This document shows positions 20,065-29,998 of a stretch of 63,168 bases of DNA, in pieces (position 1 is the first letter of the stretch; the number at the start of each line of letters is the position of its first letter). The position numbers were made by a program, and so were the translations under genes. Where the stretch lies: positions 1-63,168 of IMG/VR virus record IMGVR_UViG_2526164633_000022; one strand, written 5' to 3'. The DNA is from a virus (lineage: Duplodnaviria; Heunggongvirae; Uroviricota; Caudoviricetes). The notes under the pieces are model-generated. The model had not been told where the DNA came from. It saw nothing but the letters and a program-made list of their open reading frames with translations, and made no database searches.

Positions 20065-21654
20065 TTACTTAATAAGCAGCGGTACGCCCTGGATACGACG
20101 GGCTACGCCAGTCGGGCAGCAGGCCCAGACTACTTCCCATTTATCGAATTCCGCCTGCGTAACTTTCAGCACATACGGTTCTGTACCGTCAGCATCAGGA
20201 TCACGAGGAGCCACCAGAGCGCCGGAGGCGACAAAGCGATCCAAAAGTTTGGTCATCCCTTTAGTCAGGCCAGACTCAGTAATGCCGTCCGGGTTATGCT
20301 TCATCTGTCGGGCTAACTGGACAAAGAAACGGCTGATTGCGTTCATCAGGGATGGGACGTGCTGGAAATGCAGATAGTTGTCCTGCGTGCAGCAAGTTAA
20401 AGCATCATCGATGATCATCTGGCCCGAAGTACCTACAGATACTTTATTGAGTCGGCCCTTGACCATAGCTTCTTCGTCCGGGGTGTCTTCCGGATACAGC
20501 GGTTGAAGTGATGCACGAGCAATGACGGCACGTTCTTCACCAGCCGGTGAGTAATGCCAACCGCCGACATCGGAGTTTTTCTTGACGCCACGAGCTTTCG
20601 CCGCATACGCCGCGCCAGACAGACCGAAGACCACGCGGGATTGGGTCCATTTGTCTTTGCAGGAGAACGGGAAATGATAGACAGCACAGCTTACATAATC
20701 GGTACCAAGTAAACCGGTATCTTCAACAGCAGAGATCGCTTCCGTGTACGTCAATGTCGGTTTGACATCAAAGAAGCCATCAATCAAGCGATCAGAACAG
20801 ATATTACCTAACGCAGTGATCGCCGCATTGTCATAGCAACCCAGGCCGAGAACAGCGGTGTACATGTACGGCGCATTGTTCAGCACTTTCACCGCACGCA
20901 GGTAAGCAGCAGTGGAAATGTTCGACTGATCGCCGTTGGTACCGCCAGTGAACGCCAGCGATTTTTTATTTGTTACTTTCGCCGTCGAAATCAGCTCTTC
21001 ATTAACAACCGCGCGCAGATATTTAGAACGGGCTTCCAGAGCCGTAGGCAGATAACACAAGCGGCCCATGTCATCTTTTGCTTCTTCCGCCAAAGACACA
21101 GTGTGTGTCTCCAGGGTCGTTACCACGCCGAGCGAAGTCGTCTGGGTCAGTTTCAGGAGGAAGCGTTCATTACCTGCGCTGTCCGCTGTTGCCGTTTCGA
21201 TGGTTAACTCACGGGTAGGTGAAATACACGGATCACCATCATCAACGTAGATAGCAAAGGCTTCGCCGCTATCAAGTTCAATTTCAGAACCGTATGGCAA
21301 CGCACTGTAAGCCGGTTCGCCTGATTCATCGAACATAATAATCGGGAACTTCGCATCATCCGGAACAGCACGAACAACATAACCTGACGTTTGCTGAATA
21401 GCTTCGTATACATGGCGAATTGGTTCGAACTGTGAGCCGGAAGACGGCTTCAGCGGTTCGCCGAGAACATCTTCGTAATTGGACTCAGTAACCGCAAGAA
21501 CAGTAAACGGCTTGCCACGCGCAAATACGCCAATACCAGCCCACAAGCTGCTATTTAATGCAACACCGGTAGATAACGTCGCATCGGCATTGATCGGGCT
21601 AACCGCGACGCCGGATGCATTACCTAATGACTGTTGAATTGAATATTGAGACAT
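20065..21654 (-). CDS. Tail sheath protein (P1 gp22-like by position and size)
   Basis: 529 aa (~57 kDa) immediately downstream of major head gene. Confidence 0.55.
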   Translation of the reverse strand: MSQYSIQQSLGNASGVAVSPINADATLSTGVALNSSLWAGIGVFARGKPFTVLAVTESNYEDVLGEPLKPSSGSQFEPIRHVYEAIQQTSGYVVRAVPDDAKFPIIMFDESGEPAYSALPYGSEIELDSGEAFAIYVDDGDPCISPTRELTIETATADSAGNERFLLKLTQTTSLGVVTTLETHTVSLAEEAKDDMGRLCYLPTALEARSKYLRAVVNEELISTAKVTNKKSLAFTGGTNGDQSNISTAAYLRAVKVLNNAPYMYTAVLGLGCYDNAAITALGNICSDRLIDGFFDVKPTLTYTEAISAVEDTGLLGTDYVSCAVYHFPFSCKDKWTQSRVVFGLSGAAYAAKARGVKKNSDVGGWHYSPAGEERAVIARASLQPLYPEDTPDEEAMVKGRLNKVSVGTSGQMIIDDALTCCTQDNYLHFQHVPSLMNAISRFFVQLARQMKHNPDGITESGLTKGMTKLLDRFVASGALVAPRDPDADGTEPYVLKVTQAEFDKWEVVWACCPTGVARRIQGVPLLIK

Positions 21655-21713
21655 AACTTTCCCTGTTATGCGCCCCGCACGGGGCGCTATGTTAAACGGA
21701 GAACTTCCCCTGA

Positions 21714-23441
21714 TTACTCAGAGTCACCGGCATCAATCGTGTCGCCGCTTATGAAGTTAAGCCCGCCTTTTTTGGCCATTGTCAGCGTTACACGAGTGAA
21801 GTAATCAGCGCCGTTGCGTGGGTGCATATCGTTGATAGCCGAACCCCACAGCGTGGTACGGTTGACCAGCGCCGGAGTGGTCGGATGCTGGAACGGGATG
21901 GCCGGGACAGCATCACCAGTCACGAAGCCTGCTTTACCCGGATTTTCATCACGGACGTAGCACAGCACATCCATCGAGCTGAACTGAATGTTCTCTGTCG
22001 TTAAGTTCTTACAAATACCAGCAGGTACTTCGTACACTTTCACGTTACCGAACAGGGTACCGATGTAGTGAACATACGGAGTCTGGATATAGTCTTCGGC
22101 TGGCTGGAAGAAATCCTTCGGCAACTGTTTGAAGAAAGATGCTGCATCAGCACCAGCAAACATCCCCATCGCACCAGAAGATTTAACGCGCTCAATAATG
22201 TCGCGATATACAGTCTGGAATTTGCCACGAATGATGGTTGCCCATACATCAAAGGACTGGTTAACCGGCAGAGCGATGTCAAAGGTGTCGGTCGCAAGAG
22301 TACGCCAGATCATGATGCGAAGACGCAGCATATCCTGTTCATGAGACAGGTATTCCTTCAGGGTGCGGAACTGTAGGGAACCCAGGTCCAGACCAAATTC
22401 ACGCTGTGCTTCATACGCCGCCTGTACCGTGTGCTCAGCCGCGATAACGAACTGGCTTGGGAACAGGGTGTATTTCTTCATTTCGTGGTTGATCAGCGGG
22501 ATCAGCTCAGGAGCGGCTTCAATATTGATTTCCGTCTCAATTGCGATCTCAGTGCCTTTATCCGGCGCTTTGGAGAACGACAGGGCAATCTGACCAATGT
22601 TGTAGTTCAGAGAGCAGGTAACAGTGATTTGCTCACCAGCAGCATTAGTAAACGAGTGAAGTAGGCTGCCGGAACCGTTATCAACAACAGACTTAATACG
22701 GTTAACGTAGATGTTAGTACGACCTTTTCGGATTGGTACATTCTGGCCTTCGAAGTCTTCCATCTTGAAGGTTGCGGTTTTGCTGGTGCCATCGGAGCTT
22801 GCCACCAGCACATAGCGGCGGCGTAACTGGCTGTACACCCCGACGGATTGCATGTCCAGAACATCACCAGCAGCATAAGAACCAAAAGAGGAACCTGCCA
22901 CGTTAAAGACTTCATAGATGTCTGACTGGTCACGCGTAACCGGAATGAAGGTACACGCATCAGCGGTAGCGGCCCCCAACTGAACAGGCAGGATCATCGC
23001 GAGGAATAAAGGCAGACGCATAACACCGTCAGAAACGCTCATCATCTCTGCTGCGACGGATTCCAGCATCGCTTTATTAGTGGCATCCATGCTATTGCGG
23101 GTGGACTCAATCAGGCAGTTTTCCAGCGTCTGGTGGCAGGAGGCCAGAATTTCCGGACGCGGCATAGATTTATGTGCTGCGGCGTAGTCAGCCAGTGCAC
23201 TTGCCCACGCTGTAGCGATTTGAGCGGTGGCATTATCAGAGATACCCGCAAAAGCCGGGTCTTTACGTGCAGCTTCAAGGATAGATGCGGCACGCGCGGC
23301 ATCATCTTTAATGAATTGGTTATCAGTACCGAACTGCGCAGTGCTTGCCCAGCCAAGCACAGCTTTAGAGCGTTTTGCGATATCTGCAATACGATTCTGG
23401 TATTCGCGTAAGTTACTCAATTTACTCTTCCTTAAACACAA
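21714..23441 (-). CDS. Major head protein (P1 gp23-like by position and size)
   Basis: 575 aa (~62 kDa), first gene of operon next to parS. Confidence 0.55.
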   Translation of the reverse strand: MCLRKSKLSNLREYQNRIADIAKRSKAVLGWASTAQFGTDNQFIKDDAARAASILEAARKDPAFAGISDNATAQIATAWASALADYAAAHKSMPRPEILASCHQTLENCLIESTRNSMDATNKAMLESVAAEMMSVSDGVMRLPLFLAMILPVQLGAATADACTFIPVTRDQSDIYEVFNVAGSSFGSYAAGDVLDMQSVGVYSQLRRRYVLVASSDGTSKTATFKMEDFEGQNVPIRKGRTNIYVNRIKSVVDNGSGSLLHSFTNAAGEQITVTCSLNYNIGQIALSFSKAPDKGTEIAIETEINIEAAPELIPLINHEMKKYTLFPSQFVIAAEHTVQAAYEAQREFGLDLGSLQFRTLKEYLSHEQDMLRLRIMIWRTLATDTFDIALPVNQSFDVWATIIRGKFQTVYRDIIERVKSSGAMGMFAGADAASFFKQLPKDFFQPAEDYIQTPYVHYIGTLFGNVKVYEVPAGICKNLTTENIQFSSMDVLCYVRDENPGKAGFVTGDAVPAIPFQHPTTPALVNRTTLWGSAINDMHPRNGADYFTRVTLTMAKKGGLNFISGDTIDAGDSE

Positions 23442-23554
23442 GGCACTTGTGTGAATCCCTTTTCGGAAGAGATTTTATTGAAAGTCACTTGTTGACTTTC
23501 TCGCTAAAAGTAATTTTTAAATTTTTTGTGCGGGGGAGGGGGGCAAGTAAAACA

Positions 23555-23640
23555 GGCGTGAAACCGTGGGAATTTCAGTCTGAAATTTTTCATGAATATC
23601 TATATATATCATATATTTATACATGAAATAGACGCGGGAC
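23555..23640. other. parS-like partition site
   Basis: Downstream of parB: heptamers GTGAAAC, ATTTCAG, TGAAATT, ATGAAAT around AT-rich core TATATATATCATATATTTATAC (IHF-site-like). Confidence 0.45.
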
Positions 23641-23685
23641 ATTTTAGACAGGGGAGGGGGCTAAAGCCGCCTCCCACCAGCGGGA

Positions 23686-24651
23686 TTATTCCCCAGCAGA
23701 CATTTTCCCAATGATTTTTTTTATTGCTTCGTCAATTTCAGTTTGCACTTCAGACGGGAGTCTGGAGAACTCGTAGGCGACAACCCGTTTTTTCGGATCG
23801 GACTTCTTTCGGGCATATTGGCGACGGTCAGAGAAGTCTCGCAGCTTCTCAACCACCACAGATTTAACCGGCGCGGGCTTCAGGCTTTTGCTTTCCGCTT
23901 TGAAGATAGCCAGTATCTTCGCTTTATCCTCTTTCGCGCCCTCAGTCTCTGCAATTCGTTCGCGCACCGTATCAACCAGCTCTTCAATCGGCACGCTTTT
24001 AGCGTTAGCATCCTCGGCGATCTGGAGCAGTAACTGGTAATCTGGAAGGGCGAGATCGCTGGCTACGGGGAAGACAGCAATCATCTCATCCGGCACCGCG
24101 GCAGCCTGGAAAGCTCGCGTCACTTTAGCCTTTGAGATGTTCTCAGCTCGGGCGATCTCTTCTTTGGTCATATTCTTACCGTACATAACCTCGAAGCGTT
24201 TACCCAGCTCGCGCAGAGTGTGTTCGCGGGCTGTCTGGATATCAATGGCCAGCTGGCGGGCATCCGCCAGGCTGATCTCATCTTTCGTCACCAGAATCTC
24301 AAATTTCGTTTCATTGAAGATACACGCAGCACGGCGACGCGATCCGTCCAATACCTCAATGCGCTCCCCAACCATACGACCGATAGCCGGGAAGAACTGT
24401 TGCAATTTAATGGTGCGGGAAATATCGCTTACCGACTCAGGGGTGAGCAGAGACTGATCGCGGCCGTTAACTGCCGGGTCAACGAACGTGCGCGACTCAA
24501 TCTCACCACTCAGCACGACGGTAAGCAAGAATTTAGCCTGGCGGCCAGATTTTAGGGTAAAGGTTTTGGTGCCTTCACTGCCTTCAAGCATGCGAGCAAA
24601 CTCGGAGCTATTCTTGCCCAGCACTCGTCCACGGGAAACTATTTTTTTCAT
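23686..24651 (-). CDS. parB: Partition protein ParB
   Basis: 321 aa; overlaps parA stop by 4 nt; ParB-like region ...ILVTKDEISLADARQLAIDIQTAREH... Confidence 0.85.
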   Translation of the reverse strand: MKKIVSRGRVLGKNSSEFARMLEGSEGTKTFTLKSGRQAKFLLTVVLSGEIESRTFVDPAVNGRDQSLLTPESVSDISRTIKLQQFFPAIGRMVGERIEVLDGSRRRAACIFNETKFEILVTKDEISLADARQLAIDIQTAREHTLRELGKRFEVMYGKNMTKEEIARAENISKAKVTRAFQAAAVPDEMIAVFPVASDLALPDYQLLLQIAEDANAKSVPIEELVDTVRERIAETEGAKEDKAKILAIFKAESKSLKPAPVKSVVVEKLRDFSDRRQYARKKSDPKKRVVAYEFSRLPSEVQTEIDEAIKKIIGKMSAGE

Positions 24652-25859
24652 GCCGCCTCACCCCTAACAAACTCAATTCGATCAAACACAGCCTTAGTGA
24701 AACGCTCGGCCTCGGTTCGTGCCTTCTTCAGCGCCTCTGCACTGCCTGGATACGATTGCGGGTTGGCACTGATTACGGTGTCGAAAGACTCGCCGCATCG
24801 CTCAAAGCCATCCAGACGAGGCAGAGAAGAGTCCAGAATGTTGCTGGCGTAAACCTCACGCGCAAGGCTGTGTGATGTCTCGTGATCGCGCTTGCCGGTC
24901 ATCTTCGACATAAAACCAATGCTGGCGCTCAAACGCGGTTCTACGCCTTCCTCCTCCAGTTGCTCCAGCATTTCTGGCAGACGGGTGAGATATTTCAGTG
25001 TTGAGTGGAAGTCAACCTGGGCTGGTGGGGTAGGGGTAAGCAGCAAATCGCTGGCCGCCAGACCGTTGAGCAGGAACGGATCCAGGTGTGGACCGGTATC
25101 AATAAAGATAAAGTCATAATCATCCGCAACACGATCAATGATATTGCGTCGAAGGATTTCGTACTGATTTTGTCCGGGAAGATGCTCTTCAACCAGCTCT
25201 TTCCATTGGCTGGCAACAAAGCCATCGTCGATAGAGGCTGGAATCACGTCTACGCCAGGAACGATGGTCGGACGAATCACCTCTTTGCGTAGCGTCTCCG
25301 CGTCCAGGTCGTTCAGCATCGCCTGCGCGGCGGTTTCCAGGATGGAACCAATACTGTGAGTATGGTCGAGGAACATTGTGCTGGATGCCTGAGGGTCAAG
25401 GTCAATTACCAGAATGCGCAGATCGTGACGCAGTAAATCCTGATGCACACGCAGAGCGTGCGCCAACGTGACTGTGGAAACCGTTTTGGATACGCCACCC
25501 TTCAGGTTTACGACAAAAATAACGTAAGGCGATTTGTGAATGTCGCGATATTTGGGGATCTTACGGTGGGCATAGATATCAATGACGTTCTGGATGGTCA
25601 GCGCGTACTGTTCAACGTTACCGACCTGTTTCTTGTTGAACTGGTACCCATCATCTTCCATCTCTTTGATGGCCTGCTCCACAATGCGGCGGCTCAGCTT
25701 CGGCAACTTTGCCACAGCGTTACGAGTGAACGTCTGATAATACTCGGTCTGATTGAACTCTTTGCGCTGATCTTCAATATCCTGACTCATGGCCTTAAGT
25801 AATGCGCTTGCACGAAGAGCTATGGTGCCGACACCGCCGTAATCGCGTTTCATCATCAT
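24648..25859 (-). CDS. parA: Partition ATPase ParA (type Ia)
   Basis: 403 aa; deviant Walker A NLKGGVSKT; extensive similarity to recalled P1 ParA (…ILVIDLDPQ…, …LPRLDGFERCGESFDTVISANP…). Confidence 0.9.
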   Translation of the reverse strand: MMMKRDYGGVGTIALRASALLKAMSQDIEDQRKEFNQTEYYQTFTRNAVAKLPKLSRRIVEQAIKEMEDDGYQFNKKQVGNVEQYALTIQNVIDIYAHRKIPKYRDIHKSPYVIFVVNLKGGVSKTVSTVTLAHALRVHQDLLRHDLRILVIDLDPQASSTMFLDHTHSIGSILETAAQAMLNDLDAETLRKEVIRPTIVPGVDVIPASIDDGFVASQWKELVEEHLPGQNQYEILRRNIIDRVADDYDFIFIDTGPHLDPFLLNGLAASDLLLTPTPPAQVDFHSTLKYLTRLPEMLEQLEEEGVEPRLSASIGFMSKMTGKRDHETSHSLAREVYASNILDSSLPRLDGFERCGESFDTVISANPQSYPGSAEALKKARTEAERFTKAVFDRIEFVRGEAA

Positions 25860-25964
25860 CTCCTTATCATTTCGTATGAGTGAATTGTACGTTTGATTCT
25901 GCTACGTGCAACTTTTTTTGATTCGTGCGTCAATTATTGCACGTAAAGAAATGGCGATGAGGCT

Positions 25965-26255
25965 ATTAGATGTGTGCTGGAGGGATAATGCAGGACCAGA
26001 ATGTGCGATAGAGGGAAGTCGCATTGAATTATGTGCTGTGGAGGGATCGCTGGTATCAAATATGTGTGCTGGAGGGAAAGACAGAGAATTACATGTGCAC
26101 TGGAGGGAAAAACGGATGGACAGATGTGTGCTGGAGGGAAAGTCTGAGCAAACTGCGGGGCGTCCCCCTCCAGCGCACATCAAAAACGGGAAATTGGACA
26201 AGCCTTCCCGGCAGCACACATTTTTTGAATGCAGCTGCCCTCCAGCACACACTTA
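25965..26255. repeat. incA-like iteron array
   Basis: About 8-9 copies of ~19-bp unit GATGTGTGCTGGAGGGAAA in both orientations downstream of repA. Confidence 0.8.
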
Positions 26256-27113
26256 TTCGGGGAGTTTCAGCTTTGGATTGCGAGAATGGACGATTACAAA
26301 ACTTTCCCGGCCTTTCTTCTCAATTGAACAGTCGAGATAGCCGATTGTTTTAAGCTGTTCTATCGCTTTCTTAATGATACGGTTTTGCTCGCCAACAGCT
26401 GACTGCAAAGCCAGGCGCTCACGGATTCGCGCGAACGATAGCGGCAACGGGTTCTGCGGAAGGCTTTCGATGAAAGTGTAAATGGCTTGTGCAGCTTCTT
26501 TCTTCGGAAGGGCACGCAAGGCGTGGTGTTGCAACAGAACGCGATAATCAAGCTGGAACAGCTCCCACAGCTTCGAATCAGCCTCCAGCTCTATCAGATC
26601 AAGGTCAGCATCAAAACGTCCGACCTTCAGCAGACCAGTCTGATAGCCGCCTTTAGCATCTTTTCCGCGCTTAAAAGCGATACCCTTGTTACGCAAGCGT
26701 CCAAGTGATTCATGAATGGTTAAACGCAGTTTCGCATCCAGACGTTTTGAGGGGAAACCACAGGCTTTAGCGAATTCCTGAAACGATAACTGGATGGTGT
26801 TTGAGGACAAGCCGTATTTGCTGAACGCGTAGATGACACCGATCCACGTTTTGAAATCAGTATCCATATCGAGTCGAGGACCGGTGATTTTAATATCATC
26901 GTAACCCTCGGCTTTAGCTATCTCCAGCTGGGAAAACGCTTTGGTGGCATCAATCTCTTTACTTTCTCCTTTGCTCTTTGATGGCTTCGGCACGAATACC
27001 CCCAAGCGCATCAACGCTACAGGCTGCACAGTGTTGTTTGAATTAACTGTTAGTTCTTTTGCCTTACTTTCAATGTCTGCGTAAAGAATATCGGAGATAA
27101 AAGATTGATTCAT
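26253..27113 (-). CDS. repA: Plasmid replication initiator RepA
   Basis: 286 aa, flanked on both sides by its iterons as in P1 R replicon. Confidence 0.85.
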   Translation of the reverse strand: MNQSFISDILYADIESKAKELTVNSNNTVQPVALMRLGVFVPKPSKSKGESKEIDATKAFSQLEIAKAEGYDDIKITGPRLDMDTDFKTWIGVIYAFSKYGLSSNTIQLSFQEFAKACGFPSKRLDAKLRLTIHESLGRLRNKGIAFKRGKDAKGGYQTGLLKVGRFDADLDLIELEADSKLWELFQLDYRVLLQHHALRALPKKEAAQAIYTFIESLPQNPLPLSFARIRERLALQSAVGEQNRIIKKAIEQLKTIGYLDCSIEKKGRESFVIVHSRNPKLKLPE

Positions 27114-27114
27114 A

Positions 27115-27410
27115 TTACTTTTTCCGAATTATGTGGATAGCTTTTATAAGTGGTGATAACTACCCAGGCTTTCCCGTCAGCACACATCCTATATCCCGCC
27201 AGCACACATTAGCAACCCGTCAGCACACATTTTTATCCCGCCAGCACACATCGTTTTCCCTCCAGCACACATCGCGATACACTTCTAAGCCAGACGTGGC
27301 GCGGCCTGCAACGATCAGGGATCTATATGGATCTAATTGGGATCTGTATGGACCTAATTATTGGATCTACCCAGTGGATAATGTGGATAAGTGAAAAACC
27401 GGCCAACATA
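27115..27410. other. Plasmid origin oriR (incC iterons, GATC cluster, DnaA boxes)
   Basis: Five CCAGCACACAT-type iterons 27165-27285; GATC at 27314, 27321, 27331, 27342, 27366; TGTGGATAA DnaA boxes at 27129-27141 and 27387-27403. Confidence 0.8.
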
Positions 27411-27430
27411 GCCGGTTGGAAGGAAGGGTA

Positions 27431-27823
27431 TTATTCTACGCTTTCGATAAGAAGACCATGTTCATAACATTTAAGCTCATCGCCTTCGTACAGGAATTGG
27501 TATCCAATACCACCATTTTCATGAACATTAGGGAATAACTCATAACTCACTGAAGAGCAAATCACACCAATGCAACGATCAACGCCTTCTCGTTCTTCAG
27601 TGCTGAAAAAATCCTCTTCGGTAAGAACATGAGTACATTGCTCATCAGCATAGGTCGGAAATACATGCTCGATGCAATCCGGGTGTTTTAAACCAAGCTG
27701 ATCGGCAAGCTCGAAAGCATGACGGTATTGTTCAGATCCTGGCTTGCCAACAGTGATGTGCTCAATTTTGTAGATTGAAGTCGCTTTGTTGATAGTTTGC
27801 TTTACTGTTACTTTATCAGACAT
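27431..27823 (-). CDS. Hypothetical protein
   Basis: 130-aa ORF. Confidence 0.5.
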   Translation of the reverse strand: MSDKVTVKQTINKATSIYKIEHITVGKPGSEQYRHAFELADQLGLKHPDCIEHVFPTYADEQCTHVLTEEDFFSTEEREGVDRCIGVICSSVSYELFPNVHENGGIGYQFLYEGDELKCYEHGLLIESVE

Positions 27824-27834
27824 AAAAATCCCTT

Positions 27835-28167
27835 TTAGTTACCGCTGATAGCGCGGTTGTAATCATTAACGTTGCGATTCTTCCTGTTAATCCCCATCAG
27901 CATCGTTTCTGTATCGAGGATATACGCTGGCAGATCATCAAAATATTCACTGCTAAACTCTGGCATCCTGCACATAAATGCACTTTTTGGGGCAGGGTGG
28001 TTAACCTTTGTCGGCGTCGGCGTTAAATTCGCTGATCGACTCCCGGAGCAACCGCTGAGTGTCAGCAGGAATACGCTGACGAACATTACCCGCCGCAACA
28101 AGTTGTTTCTGAACTTCAGCTTTTCGTTCCATTTGCCTGTCAGCATACTTGGCTTGTTCTGATTCAT
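27835..28167 (-). CDS. Lipoprotein precursor
   Basis: Lipobox LTLSGC after hydrophobic segment; true start uncertain (overlaps next ORF). Confidence 0.5.
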   Translation of the reverse strand: MNQNKPSMLTGKWNEKLKFRNNLLRRVMFVSVFLLTLSGCSGSRSANLTPTPTKVNHPAPKSAFMCRMPEFSSEYFDDLPAYILDTETMLMGINRKNRNVNDYNRAISGN

Positions 28168-28423
28168 TTTTCACTTCCTGGCTGTGAAAATGTTGCTCTG
28201 CTTTGTTCATCGTCTCAATGGTCTGGTTAAGATCCATTATTGACTTATCACGTTCCTTAACAGCCTGATCAAGACTGCCAATTTTCTCCATGGCTTGCTT
28301 TAGCTGATGACGTTCCCACGCAAACCCAGCACCAACAAGTGCGCAAATCAGAACAAGAACACCAGTAGCAGCAAGTTTCTCCTTCAAAGACAAAGCTGTT
28401 TTTAACGTAGAAAAGAATGACAT
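28001..28423 (-). CDS. Membrane-anchored coiled-coil protein
   Basis: Start at MSFFSTLK; TM helix VLVLICALVGAGFAW; 3' end overlaps lipoprotein ORF in another frame. Confidence 0.4.
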   Translation of the reverse strand: MSFFSTLKTALSLKEKLAATGVLVLICALVGAGFAWERHQLKQAMEKIGSLDQAVKERDKSIMDLNQTIETMNKAEQHFHSQEVKNESEQAKYADRQMERKAEVQKQLVAAGNVRQRIPADTQRLLRESISEFNADADKG

Positions 28424-28462
28424 GTCTTCCTCCTGAAGAAAAATTATCAATGAAGTCCTTTG

Positions 28463-29251
28463 TTACCGTGCCGCTTTGTTTAATTCATCAAGAACAGAAT
28501 CAGGAACCAAAGCGGCGACTGCGCTGGCTGTGCTGGCCTTATTTGCTGATGCTTCCGCAAGCGCGGTACCGATAGCATGGTTATAAGCAGTTATGGCTAC
28601 GTTGGCGCTTTCATTCGCTCGTTCATACTGCTGTTGTAACGCAGTTGTGGGTGCTGTTGTCTGGTTGAAAACAACCCCAAACTGTTCAGTTGCTACTTTC
28701 AGAGATTCAATTTGCTCTTCTGTTAGTGCTGGTGGGGGAGTGGCAGTGCCGCCGCCTGAACCAGAGCCTGACGAGCTTCCTGAGCCAGTGTTAAGGGTCT
28801 GGTTAATCTCCCCCATAGCAGCGACTAAACTTGATGTATTAAGCGCGTTTACAGCGTCCTCAAGCGATTTAGTAATAGTCACATCACCAACGGCAATAGA
28901 GATCGGCAGTTCTGAAACTTCTCGCTCATTAGCACGACAGTAAACATCCCAACCAATATCGAGTTGAAGGAGCATTGACAGATCAGCATAACCAGCCAAC
29001 AGGTCCGCGTGCTGAGTTGCCAGCCCTCCAATATTCGTTAAACCGGTTGCGGTTGTTCTGATCGTTGAAACATAGCTGGTAATAGTGTCGGGATAGACAA
29101 TTGTATCCAGAATTAATCCGGTCAATTCTTCTGCAAGCAGTTTTGCTGTGTTAGCACTGTTTCGTGCCGATGTTATGGCACCAGGTGTTTTCATCCCACC
29201 GGCGGCGGCCAATTTTTTATATGCGGATAACTGGTAGTCTTTTTCCAGCAT
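28463..29251 (-). CDS. Hypothetical protein with Gly/Ser linker
   Basis: Start at MLEKDYQ; linker GSGSSSGSGSGGG. Confidence 0.45.
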   Translation of the reverse strand: MLEKDYQLSAYKKLAAAGGMKTPGAITSARNSANTAKLLAEELTGLILDTIVYPDTITSYVSTIRTTATGLTNIGGLATQHADLLAGYADLSMLLQLDIGWDVYCRANEREVSELPISIAVGDVTITKSLEDAVNALNTSSLVAAMGEINQTLNTGSGSSSGSGSGGGTATPPPALTEEQIESLKVATEQFGVVFNQTTAPTTALQQQYERANESANVAITAYNHAIGTALAEASANKASTASAVAALVPDSVLDELNKAAR

Positions 29252-29259
29252 GATATCTC

Positions 29260-29544
29260 CTAACTTACCTGAACCAGGCCGTCTCCGGCTGCAACGGTAG
29301 AGCCGCATGAAACAGGATCACCAACGCATACGATCCCTTTCCCGTTGACGGTAAACCATGCCCTGGTTGATATAGCTTGCCCGCCGTGCGTGCTGTTCCC
29401 ATCGGTATGCTGTGCATATTGCTTACCATCAACTAACACTTCGACTCCGTTGACTTTAAGTAGTGGTTCGCTCTCTACGGTAGGCCTGGATGGGAATCCT
29501 CCGTGCCCCGAACAAATGCTGTCTTTTGTTGCAATACTTGCCAC
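29260..29544 (-). CDS. PAAR-like small protein (possible spike tip)
   Basis: 94 aa; motifs SICSGHGG and VNGKGIVCVGDPVSCG. Confidence 0.4.
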   Translation of the reverse strand: MASIATKDSICSGHGGFPSRPTVESEPLLKVNGVEVLVDGKQYAQHTDGNSTHGGQAISTRAWFTVNGKGIVCVGDPVSCGSTVAAGDGLVQVS

Positions 29545-29625
29545 GTCATCACCAATGATTTGCTCTGATTTTCGTTATTTTAACTTAGGTTATTTGTGGT
29601 CTGTATGGCGTTTACTTATTTCAAA

Positions 29626-29642
29626 ATTGCTCTAATAAATAT
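29626..29642 (+). promoter_or_regulatory. C1 operator upstream of hrdC-dmt operon
   Basis: ATTGCTCTAATAAATAT. Confidence 0.7.
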
Positions 29643-29713
29643 TGTTTTTTATGTCGTGTTTTCGGTACCATTCAGCCATCGCCCTTCAATGGGCATTTGT
29701 TTGGAGTCGTCAG

Positions 29714-29998
29714 ATGCAGATGGAGCTAATAAGCCGCAAGGAGTTCGATAGCCGTGTAACCAGCGGTGAACTCGACAACTTGCAGGCTATCAAGGTGAAA
29801 GAAGGCTTTTGCCTCATTGGGAATCAGAGCGGAACAAATCGCGTTTTTATGCTTCGCCGTACGGATTTGAAGCCATTTGTCTGGAAGAACGAAATTGGTC
29901 CCAGCTCATACGCTCAAACGAGGGGGTGCCACAACCTGGCATTTTTCTACAAAGACGAGCTTTCTGTGGTTGATATTCAAGGGTTACAACATGTTTAA
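29714..29998 (+). CDS. Small protein upstream of hrdC
   Basis: Start at [11 protein letters not shown] (track ORF 29642..29998); overlaps hrdC start. Confidence 0.4.
   Translation: MQMELISRKEFDSRVTSGELDNLQAIKVKEGFCLIGNQSGTNRVFMLRRTDLKPFVWKNEIGPSSYAQTRGCHNLAFFYKDELSVVDIQGLQHV

Noticed and set aside
25902-26353. ORFs 25902..26252, 25906..26340, 26024..26353 across the iteron array
   Set aside because: Generated by the repeated units; the region is the incA iteron block.
25965-27290. Repeat arrays considered as a possible CRISPR array
   Set aside because: Units are ~19 bp, irregularly spaced, in both orientations, and flank repA; this is an iteron architecture, with no cas genes.
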